Assembly: GCF_006345805.1 (NCBI RefSeq)
Contig: NC_043015.1
Coordinates: 21,204,001 to 21,268,000, forward strand
From: Octopus sinensis
Lineage: Eukaryota
Direction of reading: 5' to 3'
Length of the DNA: 64,000 nucleotides
Shown piece after piece: positions 26,351 to 39,088 of the stretch; the first letter of the stretch is position 1, and each line of letters opens with the position of its first letter. Position numbers and translations under genes: made by a program. The notes under the pieces were generated by a model. The model worked only from the letters and a program-made list of their open reading frames with translations. It was not told the origin of the DNA and did not search any database.

Positions 26351-27441
26351 GCACCGCGAGTGTCGCGTTGCTCTCAAGCAACTCTGCCGTCCTGGGTCGA
26401 CCTTAAGTGACTTCAACACAACCAAAGCATTCTATAGGGGTTTAGTGGAGGGGAGGTACGACGACGAGCTCGGGGCGAACCTGGACGTCGACGAGGAGTA
26501 CCTGACCCGCCTGTTCGGGACGACTTTCGGGCCAGGGCCCATGGACAACTTCCAGAGATCCCTGGCCTGGCAGTGCTACCGAGAAGCGCTACCCGTTCGG
26601 GATAAGCTCTACAGACACGGCTCGAGAAACACGGGGCCGACCTGCCCGAGATGCGGTCAGAGCGACGAAACCGTTCTGCACGCACTCGTTCAGTGTCCAA
26701 CAATTTCCGACCTGTGGGCTTATGTCGAACAACTGCTGTCACGTGTGGGACGAGTCGGTTTATCAGCTGAGTCTATCGTCAATATTGTCACGCCTCCTTC
26801 CTTCAAACGGGAAGGCAGAGCTATTTTCATCATCCTTGTGGCTATGGCGAAAAAATGTATCTGGTGGACGCGTCTGAAAGGATTGGAGACAAACACTTTC
26901 CTCTCTGGTCAATCTCTCATCAACTTCTTCAAGTACCACTTGAAAAGGAAAGTGAGAGTAGAGAGGCAAGTTTTGTCTAGCGAATGTTTTAAAAAAAGAA
27001 TGTAGCAAGAATGGCACGTATGAATGACGAAGCCACCTTGAGCATAGTCCTATGAACCCAGAAATCGAAAACAGAGAGTTGCTTATTTGCAAAAAAAAAA
27101 AAAAAAAAAAAAAAATATAAAATGTGACTTCATTGACCGAGGTTACCGTGGTCTTTTCCGTAGGCTTTTCTTTCCACGGGTAAACCTCACCTGTCCTCCC
27201 CTTTACACTTCATATTGACATTTCTGTGATAACGATCCCTATTGATCAATTTTTTTTCCTCTCCCCCTTTTTTTTTTTTTTAACCCCCCCCTTTTTTTTG
27301 TCCTCTTTCTCTCCTTTTACGATCCCTTTTGATCGAAACTCCCCCTTCCTTTTTTTTTTTTTTTTTAAACCTTCAAAAGAAAAGCTCTACCTTGTAATTT
27401 GTTCTATCTGTGTGCAGCCCTGTGTGGCTAATAAAGAAACA

Positions 27442-27442
<1 letters not shown>
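26351..27442 (+). mobile_element. 5'-truncated Tx1/L1-clade LINE, copy 2, within (ATCT)n
   Basis: ORF to 27005 with zf-RVT CPRCGQSDETVLHALVQC; a small deletion near 27000 shifts the frame; (ATCT)n on both sides. Confidence 0.92.
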
Positions 27443-27478
<36 letters not shown>

Positions 27479-27651
27479 GTCAGTCTATTCATCAGTCTAT
27501 TTATCAATCTATCTATCAGTCTATCTATGTATCTATCTGTCTGTCTATCTGTCTGTCTGTCTCTCTATCTGTCAATCTCTCTATCTATCTGTCTATCTAT
27601 TTGTCTATCTATCTATCTGTCTATATATCTATCTGTCTATATATCTATCTG

Positions 27652-27708
<57 letters not shown>

Positions 27709-27723
27709 ATGTATGTATATATA

Positions 27724-27890
27724 TAGTGTTTCAAAAATTTGATATAATTTCGCAATCTAATAACTTTGCCAGTTCTAATATTAACAGCATGTGTAGAAAC
27801 AGTCAAAATTTTATGTTTACTGTTTGATATGTTTATCTTTTCAGGTGCAGAAATGGCGTTCACTGGATGAGAAAATGCGTTTTGTGTGCT
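27724..27890 (+). mobile_element. Possible Tc1-like (DUF4817-type) transposon 5' remnant
   Basis: atggcgttcactggatgagaaaatgcgttttgtgtgctt translates MAFTG*ENAFCVL, resembling the start of these transposases. Confidence 0.35.
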
Positions 27891-28684
27891 TCCAGTGTTG
27901 ACTACAACATTTGAACTCAGAATATAAAGACAAGGATGTATCCAGCGAGCACGATATATTCTTTTTATGATTATTTGACCCAAAACGCCTTTGCCAAACA
28001 CCGGCTGTAATAATAAAAATAAACCTTTGCTAGTAGTGTTGTGCATTCGAATTGATCCCCAAATTGCATATTTGCAAACTGCACTTCTTAACCTTCCTTA
28101 CACGACCACCATGTTTTTAGCCAAGTTCGTAACCACAGAGCCGTGCCTGAAATTATAATGAAGTCCAGTAGACAATAACATTCCCATTAATACAATTAAA
28201 ATGATGACAAACAATGAAATAACAAGACCTAAATCATTGTTTTCTATCTTCAAAAGAATAGATTTTTTTAAATGTTAGAAAATACTAAAATTGCTAATTC
28301 ACCAAAGAATCATCTCATATTTCAAAGACAAATACAGTGATAATGATGTCATTATTAGTCCCCGAGAAACCATTACAGCACATGATGTTATGTGAGTAGA
28401 ATATTCATTGTATACAGATGGACTACATTCAAGCACCAAAGTCATCTTTCAGAAAAAAATAAAAAGGAAAGAAAATCGATTATGCAGCTGTTTTTAATTT
28501 TTTTTTTCCCCTGTTCAGCCTTGATCGAACAGATCTAAAAATCTATCATATTCCGAACGTGACCATCTCGTTTATTTTCCGCAGCACAGTATATCCAGAA
28601 TAGCATGATATAAAGTTTAGGGGTAGAATGTCATTTCTGGAATGATAGGTTGTTTTGTTTGTAATTATAATAGAACTTTACGCA

Positions 28685-28860
28685 GGGAGCTGGAAACATC
28701 GTTAGCAAACTGGACGAAATGTTTAGCGACATTTCGTCCGTCTTTGTTTTGAGTTCTAATTTCGGAGTCGATAAAATAAGTACCACTTGAGTACCAGGGC
28801 CGATGTTATCGACTTACCCTCTCAAGACTTGCTGGGTTTGTGCCAAAATTTGAAACCAAT
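28685..28860 (+). mobile_element. SINE family C, degenerate
   Basis: gagctggaaacatcgttagc...gacgaaatgtttagc...gtcgataaaataagtacc...tttgaaacc. Confidence 0.75.
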
Positions 28861-30075
28861 TCTCAGAGGTCATTACATTGCGCAGACGATCCATTAATTA
28901 TAACAATATTATTTTTGTTGCTGTTGTTGTTATTGGTGGGGGTGATAGTGTCAATGGTAGTTGTGCTAAAAATGGTTATAACAGAACGAGTGTGACCTAA
29001 AGTTGCTTGTAGTGGTAGCAACAGAGGAAAAATTACTACACTTTTCATAAAATATTCTTCATATATCAAATCTAATTGGATTTAACCCATAATTTTAAAT
29101 TCTCTTTTAGTAAAAATGTTTAGCTACTTACCCCGTGGTATGAGTTCTAACCATTGTCGTCTTAACGCGTTTCTAAGAAAATACTCTTTATTTTTAAACT
29201 CATAAAGTTTTATACAAAAATCATTTAATGATTTCAAAACATTTACTGTAAATATAAACGTGCTGAATTTTCCCGAGGAAGCATACGAAATGTTAAATTT
29301 ATTAGGATTTGTTTGAAAATTGTTTTATTTATTTAAATATTGAGAAAATGTAGATTGCTGTTTTGAAGAGAAAATGGGTCACCCTGGTTGAAGAGATAGG
29401 AACTGTAGGCCCCTGGGGCTTTTAGATTAGTTCATTTGGTATTCCGAGTTCGTATTTCCATATTCATTCTTGTCATATAAAGTCTCATCTTTGCTTCATA
29501 CTCATTATTTCATTGAAGAGGGTATGTTTAATCTCCTCCTCCCCTTCTCCCTCTCTCCTCCTCCATCTTTCTCCTCCGTCCTCCTCCCTCCTCCACCGCC
29601 ACCACCACCACCTGCGCCATCTCTTCATTCTCCGACTTCACATCAATCTTCTTCCCATCGTTACCTTCTCCGTCGCCATCAGCATAATTTTTAATTCCTT
29701 ATCTTCTACATTATCAACAATCCTCCTCCTGCTCCTCATCAATTCCCCTCTTTCTTTTTACTTTCCTCGTGATGATGAAGCTGATGATGATCATCACCTT
29801 CATCGTCATCATTATCTTAATCCTACCCTTCCTCCTCCCCCTCCTCCTCATCATCATCCTCCTCATCATCATCATCAACGTCATCAATAGTTCCTACGTC
29901 CCCTCCTCCTCTTCTTTTTTCTCATTATCATCTCAAATTCCTCGTCTTCATTATCATCAATTCTCCGTCCTTTTTCTTCATATTCCTCCTCTTCATGAAC
30001 ACCACATCCACCACCGTCGTCGTCGTCACCCTCACCACCACCATCACGACCATCCCCACCACCACCACCACCACC

Positions 30076-30118
<43 letters not shown>

Positions 30119-30949
30119 TCATCATCATCATCATCATCATCATTATCATCACTAATGCTAGTAATAAATTAAGTCGATCAAAGCTTTAATAGAATTGTAA
30201 AACAAGTCCATTTTCGGATGGCAAATAAATCTCAACTAATGATATTCTACTCACAGAATAAACCACGCAATAAAAATATCTGTCACTGTCAAATTAAACG
30301 AAAGGCAATTTTCATTTGTAAGTCATTTTTTTTTCTTCTTTTCTGATATGTTATCTTATCGATAATCTTCTACATAGCAGTTGCTTATTTTTTCTTGCCA
30401 TTATTACATTAACCTTGTATATTAACCATCTTACAACCATATTATATTAACAAGCTTTAAATATAGCATTAAAAAAAACACCACTCGCTAAAGAAGTAAA
30501 ATCCAGAAGAGCGAAACTACGAAGACGGGAACTCCTGACTTACTTCAGAAATAACAACCAACTCCTTCTCAAATTACACGCTAGAGACTTGGAAAAAAAA
30601 GGGAAAAGGAACCACTTTCTCTTCCTGTCTCTCTCTGTCTCTCTCTGTTTCTCTCCCTCACACACACACACACATACACACACATATAGTGTAGTCACAG
30701 ATATACATTTCATCGGAAAAGTAACATATAGGATGTTCTTGGCACGAGAGGATTTGATTATAAATTTATGCGTCCAGCTGTCCTGAAACTAAAGATCTGT
30801 TTCTAAAATAGGCCCTATATCAAGTTTATGGGTGAGGGGTTGTCTCAATAGAATAATTAGGTCCAATTGGTTAAGTGGTACTTTATTTTATAGACACGAA
30901 ATGATTTCTGTATTTATTTTCCCGTTTTATTATTAACCAGATGAGGCAA

Positions 30950-31970
30950 AGAGTTTAGCGGCATTTCGCCCGTCTTTACGCTCTGAGCACAAATTCCGCC
31001 GAGGTCGACTTTGCCTTTCATCCTTTCGAGGTCAATAATGTAAATACCAGTTGAGCAGTGAGGCCTATGCAATCAATTTGTCCCCTTTCCCAAACTCTCT
31101 GTCATTGTGCACCAAATTCGAAACTATTAATTAGAAGACGGTATTTCGTCCTTGTACGTCATGAGATTAAATTCTGCAGAAGTCGACTTGTCTTTCATCC
31201 ACCCGGAGTCTGTAAAATAAGTGCCAGTTAGCACTGGGGTGCATATAATTGATTTACCCCCTCCTCTAAATTTCTGGCTTTGCGCCCAACATTTGAGACC
31301 AAACATTAGTTACATTATTTACATTTGTCGGATATTTGTCCTCATCTTGTTTGTTGTTAACAAAACGTTTCAGTTGGTATACCCTCCAGTCTTCAACAAC
31401 CTTGGGGGAAGGCTGGCGGGTATATCAGCCGAAACGTTGTGTTAACAATAAACAAGATGAGGACAAATATCTGTCAAATGTAAATAATGTACATAATTCC
31501 TCATCTCTTAAATATAGAACTGTGTTTGAAACCATTAGTAACCAGGAGAGGAGACGAGCTGACAGAATCGTTAACATACTGGACGAGATGCTTAGCGATA
31601 GGTCGTTCAAATACCGCCGAAGTCAATTTGTTCTTCATCCTGTGCGGGACGGTGAAATAAGCACCTGTTAGACGCCGGGGTCAATGTAATCGACGTTCCT
31701 GCTCCTTGTAAGATATTAGGACTTGTGTCTTTAACTGAAAGAACTGTTAACGGAGAGAAAGGATTCGAGCTGGTAGAATCGTCTCCATGTCGGAATAGAT
31801 GTTTAGCGGTATTTCGTTCATTTTTACGTTCTGATTTCAAATTACGTTGAGGTCAACTTTGCTTCTAATCCGTTCAAGATCAATGTCACTACCAGTCAAA
31901 CACGGGTGAATGCAATCGATTTGCTCTACCAACCAAGATTGCTGATCATGGACCAAAATAAGAAATAATT
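30950..31970 (+). mobile_element. Cluster of at least 4 degenerate family C SINE copies
   Basis: Recurrent gaggtcgactttgcctttcatcc core at about 31000, 31180, 31620 and 31850. Confidence 0.75.
31311..31525. mobile_element. Foldback (hairpin) element from the family of 39783-40097, with hammerhead halves and a 3' tail
   Basis: Inverted arms of about 84 bp (31311-31394 vs about 31408-31491), about 13-nt spacer; right arm GAAGGCTG...CAGCC-GAAACGTT-gtgtt; unpaired tail cataattcctcatctcttaaatatagaac. Confidence 0.85.
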
Positions 31971-32267
31971 ATGAATCAGGGAAGAGAGAGGATTGCTGAA
32001 GACATGTTAAAGTATCTCGAAGTAATCTAGACAGGCGGAGGGAAAGATAACTCCAAACTGGAAACGTAGCCTAACATAACAAAGTGCATGCTACCATCAA
32101 GGTACCCTACGGTAACTATATATGCCACAAAAACAATTAAGTGAAAATATGGTACAACTTACCAAGTTGAAGTGACACGGATATTTCTAATGCACCTCAA
32201 TGCCTCTCGCTGCTTCTCTCTATCTCTCCCCTCTCTACATACACACACTACCTACGTATCTATATAT

Positions 32268-32368
<101 letters not shown>

Positions 32369-32369
32369 T

Positions 32370-32465
32370 GTGTGGCAACTTGGGCAAGTGTCTTCTACTA
32401 TAACCTCGGGCCGACCAAAACTTTGTTAGTGGATTTGGTAGACGGAAACTGTAAGAAGCCCATTG

Positions 32466-32466
<1 letters not shown>
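32370..32466 (+). mobile_element. SINE family A fragment
   Basis: gtggcaacttgggcaagtgtcttctactataacctcgggccgacc...gaagccc. Confidence 0.8.
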
Positions 32467-32500
<34 letters not shown>

Positions 32501-33612
32501 GTGGTGTGTGTGAGTGTGTGTGTGTGTGTGTGTGTATTTACGTACACACACATACATCGATATATATAGAGAGAGTGAGACAAATCAATGTGTGTGTGTG
32601 TATGTGCGCGCGTGTGTCTAAGCATGTGCGCATATACACAGCTTCCCCTACCCCGTCAATAAACAAACGAGAGATCGATGCTGAAGCTAAGAAATATGTC
32701 TTCTGCAACTGTCACCTCGCAAAGTATGAGTAAAAACTTTAGGTAAACCCTGATCTGACGAGTGTCAAAGAAGGGTGAAGTTTACCCGATATTGTCGAAA
32801 TAAATGCAACGGATAAACCGTCTTCGCGTTGTGTTAAAGATTGCTTTTACATTAATATGATATGATAGCGTCGACATATCTTCAATAAATTGTCTTATTG
32901 TTTATCATTGCTTGCTAATCTTCACTAAATTTTCGTGGAAACTTCCAAAATTATGACACAATGACAGCTGACATACATATGTGAACTACATACTGAATAC
33001 GAAAACCGATCTCTCTTCTCTCTCTCACTTCTCTATCTCTCTCTCACCTCTCTTTCTCTCTCTCACCTCTCTTTCTCTCTCTCACCTCTCTTTCTCTTTC
33101 TCACCTCTCTTTCTCTCTCTCCGTCTCTCTCTTCCTCTTTCCCTCTCCTTCTCTTTCTCAAACATGCATAATCACATACACGAGTATTCATGCATGTGGA
33201 ACATATATATACACACACTTACATACATATATGAGTGTGCATACGTACTTGCGTACACACCTGACATATATATACATATACACACATATATACATGCATA
33301 CATATATTAGGTCCGCATATATATAATTATACACACATACACACCTTCATGTAGGAAGAAACACACATACATATTTGTACGCAAAAACAGTCGAACATAT
33401 GTTTAAACCTTTCAAATATTGAAAAAAATTCAATAATTCTGACACATGTAAGTTAAGTGATGGGTGCAGTTGGTTACTCACGTCAATTGCTCTCAATCAA
33501 TTGCAAAAAACAAGGCTACAGGTCGAGAGTTCGTCGATATCCCAGGGCTTTAACTCTCAACAGCTATGGATATTTTAAAAATATTATTTGAACACATTTT
33601 TGGAATCTGAAT

Positions 33613-33799
33613 CTCTTTACTCCTTTACTCTTTTACTTGTTCCAGTTATTTGATTGTGGCCATGCTGGAGCTACGCCTTTAGTTGAACGAATCGACCTGA
33701 GGACTTATTCTTTGTAAGCCTAGTTCTTATTCTATCGGTAGCTTTTGCCAAACCGCTAAGTTACGGGGACGTAAACACACGAGCATCGGTTGTCAAGCG

Positions 33800-33830
<31 letters not shown>

Positions 33831-33979
33831 CATATATACGACGGGCTTCTTTCATTTTCCGTCTACCAAATCCACCCACAAGGCTTTGGTCGGCCCGAGG
33901 CTATAGCAGAAGACACTTGCCCAAGGTGACACGCATTTGGACTGAACCCGGAACCATGTGGTTCGTAAGCAAGCTACTT
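33613..33979 (-). mobile_element. SINE family A, interrupted; the head continues at 36040-36074
   Basis: Breaks after gtaagcaagctactt and resumes as gtaaacaagctactt-accacacagccactcc at 36040. Confidence 0.9.
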
Positions 33980-36039
33980 TATTTCATAAAATTTGTCATC
34001 GTAGACAGTACAAAGAGTGCGTAGCTTTGCGGGCTGGACAAACACATTAATGAATGAAAATGAAATAGAATGAATAAATGAGAGACGAAACCCAACACCC
34101 GCCGATTGAATTTTTCTCGAAAACATATTTTCTTTTTTTAAAAATCAATATGAGGTTTCAAACCTCTTACATGAAGGAGGCACTAAAGCCTCTTACTTAA
34201 CATGTTTCTTTTTTAAACACACAATTGAGGTTATAAACCACTACAAATAATACAATAAGATGAGGTGTCAAACCCTATAACGAGGGTCTTTCATCTCCTA
34301 CTCTTCGATATATCCATCGATATATTCATCATTATCTTCAATGCCGCCTGAGTTCCTGTATCTAGCCATTTCCCTTGCCTCACTCATGTAGGACATGTAA
34401 GTCATGTAAGGGCCACCCGGCCATATGCGACATTCCTCCCCAAATCCTTTAAGCCTTTCCCACAAGGGAAACCTTATGACCTCTACAGCTATCTGCGGAG
34501 GCCATTCGGGGTCCCGTGTGAAGGGCATATCTACTGTCTCTTTATGTTCTGCTACTATTTTTTCCACCTTCCCGCCCTTATAGAAAAAGATAATTAATTC
34601 ATCATCTTTAAGGGTAGGGGTCGTTTCTTCCACCGTGGGTGGCAAAACTTCGGGACATGCAGACGGCACTTCATCTCCCCGCTGAGATGACCAGTTCTTC
34701 TTCCTTCATTTTTTTCTTTTCTTCTTGACTTCGGGAGAGTGGAGCTCTTCCACTTTGTCCGGAGACTCTCCCCTCCTCCCGAAGCCTTAGGTTCCTTCGG
34801 CGGGCAACTATTGTTGCCCGCCTTCTTCCTTTTTAATGCTTTCTGAGTTGAGGAGGCTGAAGCCTCCTCGACCACGTCTACCTCTCCCTTTGATCGGGTA
34901 GGGGAAGTGGCATCTAGTGACTGTTCCAGGATCTTACCATGGTCCTGGGGGCAGTCCTTTTTAATGTGGCCTGGCTGCAGGCACGAGTGACACATGGGGG
35001 GACGTCCCTCAAGTATCACCGGATACCTGCAGCCAGCCATTTTCAAGAAATCTGGAAAAACCAGATCTGTTGCGGCCGATGAGGTCCACAGGGTCAAAAT
35101 CACTTTTGACCCTTCCTAATCGAATGCCGGCAATACCCTTACATTTAAGAACCTGGGCCCGCCATCCCCCAGTCCCCCTCGGATGGTATCTTCAATCCAA
35201 TCCGCTTCGGTGCCTGGGGGTAACCCACATGCCTAGACTCTTATTAATTTCCTCCCGCAATATGACGAGAGGAACAGAATTTCCGTGTCTTCTAAAGCTG
35301 ACTCGCAAACTGGCGAGCCTTTTCCCCGTTGTCAAACAGCAACCATACGGTTGCATGTTTGACACCACAGGATATCTATTTTACAGAGGACAAATAGTCT
35401 TTAAGTCCATTTTTATAACTTGTTTTGGGAAGACGGTGATGGAATTAAGAACTTTAGAATAAGTTCTAAGCCCCATCGTCTTCTCCTCCATATCTTTTAA
35501 CCACTGCTTAGGCGGGTTAATTTCCCATTCTAAAACAGAGTTCTTTTTAAGTTCCTTCTCTGCCATGTCAAAAAACAGTTCAAAAGTAGTTCAAAAGACA
35601 GTCTGCCAAAAAATTAAACCGAATATAAATAAAACAAAATAAAAGAGGTGGAAAGGGAACCGAAATTAAAGTAATGAAAAGAACGAACCAACATTTAGAA
35701 AGAAAGATAAAATAGAAGAAGGGAAAAGTAAAAGAAAAACCTCACAAATAGCACCGACAGGGAATCATTTGTATAATACTCCAAAAAAGTAATCCAAATA
35801 GCTTATTCTTGAAGTACTCCAATTCTGAAAAATTGTACTTTTTCTGGCGAGATACGCCCACTAGAATTTACAAAAAGAATTTTCAAGCAAAAATTCTCAA
35901 TTCACCGTTACGGTGATGAGAACCAGTAATTGACAATTTTTCTTTTTGTTCTTTTTTCTATTCACGGAGCCCCCCAAAAACTCACATCTTATCACTGTAA
36001 CAGTCCAGACCAGCTAGTGTTGCATTCTGGTAACCGGAA
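33980..36039 (-). mobile_element. ORF1-only (HAL1-like) non-autonomous L1/Tx1-type retrotransposon, apparently full length
   Basis: 15-bp TSD with 1 mismatch (33965-33979 / 36040-36054); about 470-bp 5' UTR; disrupted ORF from 35566; minus-strand 3' end ...atgaaataaa; no EN or RT sequence seen. Confidence 0.8.
34298..35566 (-). pseudogene. Disrupted L1/Tx1 ORF1-like (Gag-like) protein with CCHC zinc knuckle
   Basis: Pieces MAEKELKK..., YCGRKLIRV*ACGLPP, YPVILEGRPPMCHSCLQPGHIKKDC (CX2CX4HX4C), then low-complexity and acidic C-terminal segments; stops and frameshifts present. Confidence 0.8.
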
Positions 36040-36507
36040 GTAAACAAGCTACTTACCACACAGCCACTCCTACGGATATAATAGCTTTTACATTAATATG
36101 GTATGATAGCGTCAAAAATAAAAAGGAATTACCATTAATCGGGTAATTTAGTCGAAATCACTTACATCTAATCTCCTGTTGATATCCTTAAACCGGAGAC
36201 TGGTTAAGCCAACCACATTCTTTAAAACTTACTTTCAGATTCGATCCCTTTCCTCAATCGTCTGAGCAATTGTCATCCGTGACCGCATGTTTGAACTCTG
36301 ACTAGTGAGTGGAAATTGGCAGAACGACGTGCTAGAGAAATCAATGGAACGGAATGTAACCATACAGAGAATTGGATGCTATGTATAGCAGGCGAAAAAC
36401 CAGATAGATGTGTTTATTTAGTCATACAAAGGACCTCACATATATGCGCATTATGTATATGTGTATACATATACATGTATGTGTATGTATGTATATATAT
36501 ATCTATA

Positions 36508-36556
<49 letters not shown>

Positions 36557-36557
36557 C

Positions 36558-36950
36558 ATGGCTGTGTGGTAAGTAGCTTGCTTACCAACCACATGGTTCT
36601 GGGTTCAGTCCCACTGCGTGGCACCTTGGGCAAGTGACTTCTACTATAGCTTCGGGCCGACCAAAGTCTTGTGAGTGGATTTGGTAGATGGAAACTGAAA
36701 GAAGCCTGTCGTATATATGTATATGTATACATGCATATGTGTGTGTGCGCCTCTGTATGTGCTTCTGTGTGTGTTCCCCCCACCCACATCGCTTGACAAC
36801 CGATGCTGGTGTGTGTACGTCCCCGTAAGCTAGCGGTTCGGCAAAATATACCGATAGAATAGGCACTAGGCTATGTGGTCGATTTGCTCGACTAAAGGCG
36901 GTGCTGCAGCATGGCCGCAGTCAAATGACTGAAACAAGTAAAAGAGTAAA
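36558..36950 (+). mobile_element. SINE family A, near full length
   Basis: tggctgtgtggtaagtagcttgc...gggttcagtccc...ccttgggcaagt...gactgaaacaagtaaaagag. Confidence 0.9.
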
Positions 36951-37107
36951 TGAGTATATATACATACATACATAGATACATACATACATACACACACACA
37001 CATACACACACATATATACACATACACATACGTAATATGTATGTGCGATTCTTTGTATGAATGAATGTATACCTCGGTCTGGTTTATATGTATATATCTA
37101 AAATATG

Positions 37108-37312
37108 CCGGAGTAAACACATAAATGTGAAACAAGGTGGAAAAAAAGAGTACTGAAATACCAGTGGTAGAGTAATATGCTTTATTTAAAGCAGCAGAAA
37201 ATTCAACAAAACCTGTTTCTCTGAGTTTCCCGTTTCCGTTCGTCGGACGACGAACGGAAACGGGAAACTCTGAGTAACAGGTTTTGTTGAACTTTCTGCT
37301 GCTTAAATAAAG
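37108..37312. mobile_element. 205-bp foldback element with hammerhead-like arms and a 15-bp TSD
   Basis: Direct repeat tatatctaaaatatg at 37093-37107 and 37313-37327; inverted arms of about 70 bp (37175-37245 / 37248-37317) with a 2-nt loop. Confidence 0.85.
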
Positions 37313-37504
37313 TATATCTAAAATATGTACAGTTTGTGACCAAGTCTTTTTACAAATAGTTTTGCTAACGATGAAATGTGTTTAAATCAATATTCTAAAC
37401 TTCTTGACTTAAGAGTTTAATCTTTTTACAGGATAAAATATGTGTCTGCCACACAGGTATTAATTTCAATTTACTGTTTTCGTTTGCGCGTGGCTGTATG
37501 TATG

Positions 37505-37578
<74 letters not shown>

Positions 37579-37589
37579 CGAGAGAGAGA

Positions 37590-38940
37590 TAAGAAATACC
37601 AAAAAGGATCAGTAAAGAATTCATTACTAAATCAATTGAATTCATCCTACATAATAACCACTTCATGTTTGACAATACATTTTACCGTCAAAAATCCGGA
37701 ATTGCTATGGGTACAAGGGCAGCACCAGTCATTGCAAACCTAACAATGGGCTACCTGGAAATAATAATTTACCAGGAATCTTTATTAATCTTTGGAAACC
37801 CCCTCTCTCAATACACAAAAGAGAATTGGAAACGATTCCTGGACGATTGTTTTATACTCTGGAATGAAAACACAGATAAACTCCTAAAATTAAAAAACCT
37901 ATTGAACAGCATAAACCCAAATATACAGTTCACAATGGAATACAACCAAAAGGAGCTCCCATTCTTGGATATACTAATTAAAAAAATTAACCTTAAAATA
38001 GAAACAGACATTTTTTACAAAGCCACAGACGCCAAACAATACCTTCTTTTATTCATGCCACCCAAGACACACTAAAACAAACATCCCCTTCAACCTTGCA
38101 AGAAGGATATGCACAATAGTGTCAGAACAAAATACCAGGAACTTTAGACTGCAAGAACTCAAAAACACCCTAATTGACAGACATTACCCAGCTCAACTCA
38201 TAGAGGATGGGATCAGACGTGCAACAGAAATCAACATAGAAACTTTAAGAAAAGTTCAACACAACAACACACCTTCCCCGAAAATACTACCTTAAATATC
38301 TACATACAACCCCAGAAACAAAGAAGCCTTCACCATCATCACCCAGAATTTACCAATACTTCAGAAGGACCCCAAATTAAAGGAAATTCTAAACATACAC
38401 CAAATCATTAAAAGCTACAAACAACCTAAATCATTTAAAAAGATTCTCACAAAGGCAAAATTGTTTTCTGAAATTACGGATGCAAAAGTAAAAAGATGTG
38501 GTAGACCAAACTGTGCAACATGTCCAAACCTGTTAGAAGGATCAGAATTCCTCTTCAAAGAGGGACAGAAATTCAAGATCAAATCTAACTTTACTTGTGC
38601 CTCTGAAAACATAATTTATGTCATAAAATGCTCGGGCTGCCACCAAGACTACGTGGGATCCACGGGACTATCACTCAGACGTAGATGCACACTGCATCGA
38701 CAACAGATTGCGTTCCCAGAATACAGAATGATACCTTTTAGTGAGCACATTGAGAAATGCGCAAAGCAACTACTACCACAATTCTTAATCTTTCCATTTT
38801 ACCAATGTACTATCGGATCATCAACACAAATTAGACTAAACAAGGAAACATTCTTCATTGAAAAGTACAAGCCCAGACTTAACCATTCCAACATACTGAT
38901 ACAGAGAAATTCACACCAAGGGAAATGCAAAAAAGTTTAA
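37590..38940 (+). pseudogene. 5'-truncated Penelope-like element: RT plus GIY-YIG endonuclease (Neptune-like)
   Basis: FYRQKSGIAMGTRAAP, WKRFLDDCF, LPFLDI, DIFYKATD; frameshift near 38050; stop 38293-38295; CGRPNCATC zinc finger; NIIYVIKCSGCHQDYVGST. Confidence 0.95.
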
Positions 38941-39049
38941 GCGATTATCTCCCTTACACCGGAAGAAATCACTTATTACCTCTCCTTAGCTAGAACTCTT
39001 TTGAACATAAACATAACGATAACTCTTCTCAACATAAACATAACGACGT

Positions 39050-39088
39050 AAGAAATTTGAAAAGCTAAACGCGAAACCAGTCTTTCTT
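39050..39088 (+). ncRNA. Degenerate hammerhead in the 3' region (pLTR) of the Penelope copy
   Basis: aagaaa/tttctt stem I, TTGAAAA (mutated CTGAAGA), GC..GC stem II, GAAACCAGTC; lies 110 nt after the ORF stop. Confidence 0.5.
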
